Shown in pieces: positions 63,496-64,000 of a DNA stretch of 64,000 nucleotides. Within the stretch, counting starts at the first letter, position 1. Every line of letters starts with the position of its first letter. Source of the stretch: Chitinophaga pinensis (GTDB lineage: Bacteria > Verrucomicrobiota > Verrucomicrobiia > Limisphaerales > JAEYXS01); the NCBI GenBank assembly GCA_943367715.1, contig CALRJY020000023.1:23264-87263 (forward strand). The letters run 5' to 3'. A program made the position numbers and the translations under genes. The notes beneath the pieces are model-generated. The model searched no databases. It saw only the letters and a list, made by a program, of their open reading frames with translations, and had not been told where the DNA came from.

Positions 63496-63881
63496 CGTTT
63501 AGTCCAGTAATCGGCTTTTTCTGGCACCACCCATCTGACTCCACCCCGAGGATCTGGAACATCTCCATTGCGCCTAGGTATGACGTGGATGTGGGCATGA
63601 GCAACTGTTTGTCCAGCTGCTTCACCGTCATTGATACCCACATTGAATCCATCTGGCTGGAACTCTTTTGCCAACTCAGCTCTCACCTTGGCCACCATCC
63701 GCCAAAGATCTGCATACTCCCTATCATCCAAATCAAACACACTGGCCACATGACGGCGAGGGATGATGAGAGTGTGCCCTTCAGCAACTGGGTATCCATC
63801 ACGGAAAGCAACTCCAGCACCTGACACGAGCCAGATACGTTCCTTGGGCAGGCAACAGAACGGACAACCCTCTGTGGACAT
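63492..63881 (-). CDS. HIT (histidine triad) family protein
   Basis: GQTVAHAHIHVIPR is the histidine-triad motif. An N-terminal CPFCC zinc-like motif is present. 129 aa. Confidence 0.9.
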   Translation of the reverse strand: MSTEGCPFCCLPKERIWLVSGAGVAFRDGYPVAEGHTLIIPRRHVASVFDLDDREYADLWRMVAKVRAELAKEFQPDGFNVGINDGEAAGQTVAHAHIHVIPRRNGDVPDPRGGVRWVVPEKADYWTKR

Positions 63882-63893
63882 GACTGTTGATAC

Positions 63894-64000
63894 TTAATTC
63901 GCTTCAGATGTGCCAGCCTGTTTCTCTGGCAGACTACCTATGCCGCCCCACAAACCTTTTAAATCCGGATCTTCCAATGATTTCAGCTTGGCCTCATTGC
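63894..64000 (-). CDS. 3' end of an unidentified gene entering from the right edge
   Basis: Hand translation of the minus strand gives ...NEAKLKSLEDPDLKGLWGGIGSLPEKQAGTSEAN* with no internal stop. The stop lies 12 nt upstream of the HIT start. Confidence 0.3.
   Translation of the reverse strand, partial: NEAKLKSLEDPDLKGLWGGIGSLPEKQAGTSEAN

Noticed and set aside
1-64000. CRISPR arrays, rRNA genes, intact tRNAs, IS transposases
   Set aside because: Reading the intergenic regions, I found no regularly spaced direct-repeat array, no rRNA-like sequence and no transposase- or integrase-like ORF in the track. This is a visual scan, not an exhaustive computation.

Overview
The window has three parts. 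(1) 1-13.4 kb looks like ordinary chromosome of a PVC-superphylum bacterium (Verrucomicrobiota/Planctomycetota). That assignment is an inference from the PSCyt/DUF1549/DUF1553 + DUF1501 gene pair. This part holds an NRPS-type adenylation gene running off the left edge, a WecG-STAS fusion, a GT4 glycosyltransferase, a secreted protein, an SDR, topoisomerase IB and the PSCyt/DUF1501 pair. (2) At 13586 a tRNA-Arg(UCU) gene is cut off in its anticodon loop, and everything to the right looks accessory. From 14.0 to 35.4 kb a mostly plus-strand block resembles an integrated replicon. It carries an excisionase-like HTH, iteron-like repeats, an AEP-like primase and SF3 helicase, and a stand-alone reverse transcriptase with a structured leader. 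It also carries an XRE regulator with a pair of membrane proteins (Zn-ribbon and J-domain), a Cas4-like nuclease, a SymE-like protein, a WGR-DNA ligase and a beta-clamp paralog. It ends in a tightly coupled 8-gene operon (DUF1257, DUF2997, a motif-IV-less methyltransferase-like protein, SWIM, AAA+). No integrase, capsid or conjugation genes are visible in the window. (3) 35.5-64 kb is entirely minus-strand. It starts with a defence island: minimal CBASS (SMODS + 4TM effector), a complete Type I R-M (hsdMSR), DUF2513 + Gabija (gajAB), and a 1233-aa AlbA_2/Schlafen-like - STAND-like - TPR protein lying between relics of an older Type I R-M. After that come a DinB::DnaE2 fusion polymerase next to lexA, an unknown 507-aa gene, DUF72, and a HIT / HNH / secreted-thermonuclease trio. 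A ~175-bp repeat occurs twice, each time at the 5' edge of a defence cassette and directly after an hsdR fragment. My best candidates for something undescribed are the DUF1257-DUF2997-MTase-like-SWIM-AAA+ operon, the Schlafen-STAND-TPR gene, the RT with its leader RNA, the 175-bp cassette-boundary repeat, the DinB::DnaE2 fusion and the HIT-HNH pair. I saw no rRNA, intact tRNA or CRISPR array. All family calls come from reading motifs by eye, with no database search.
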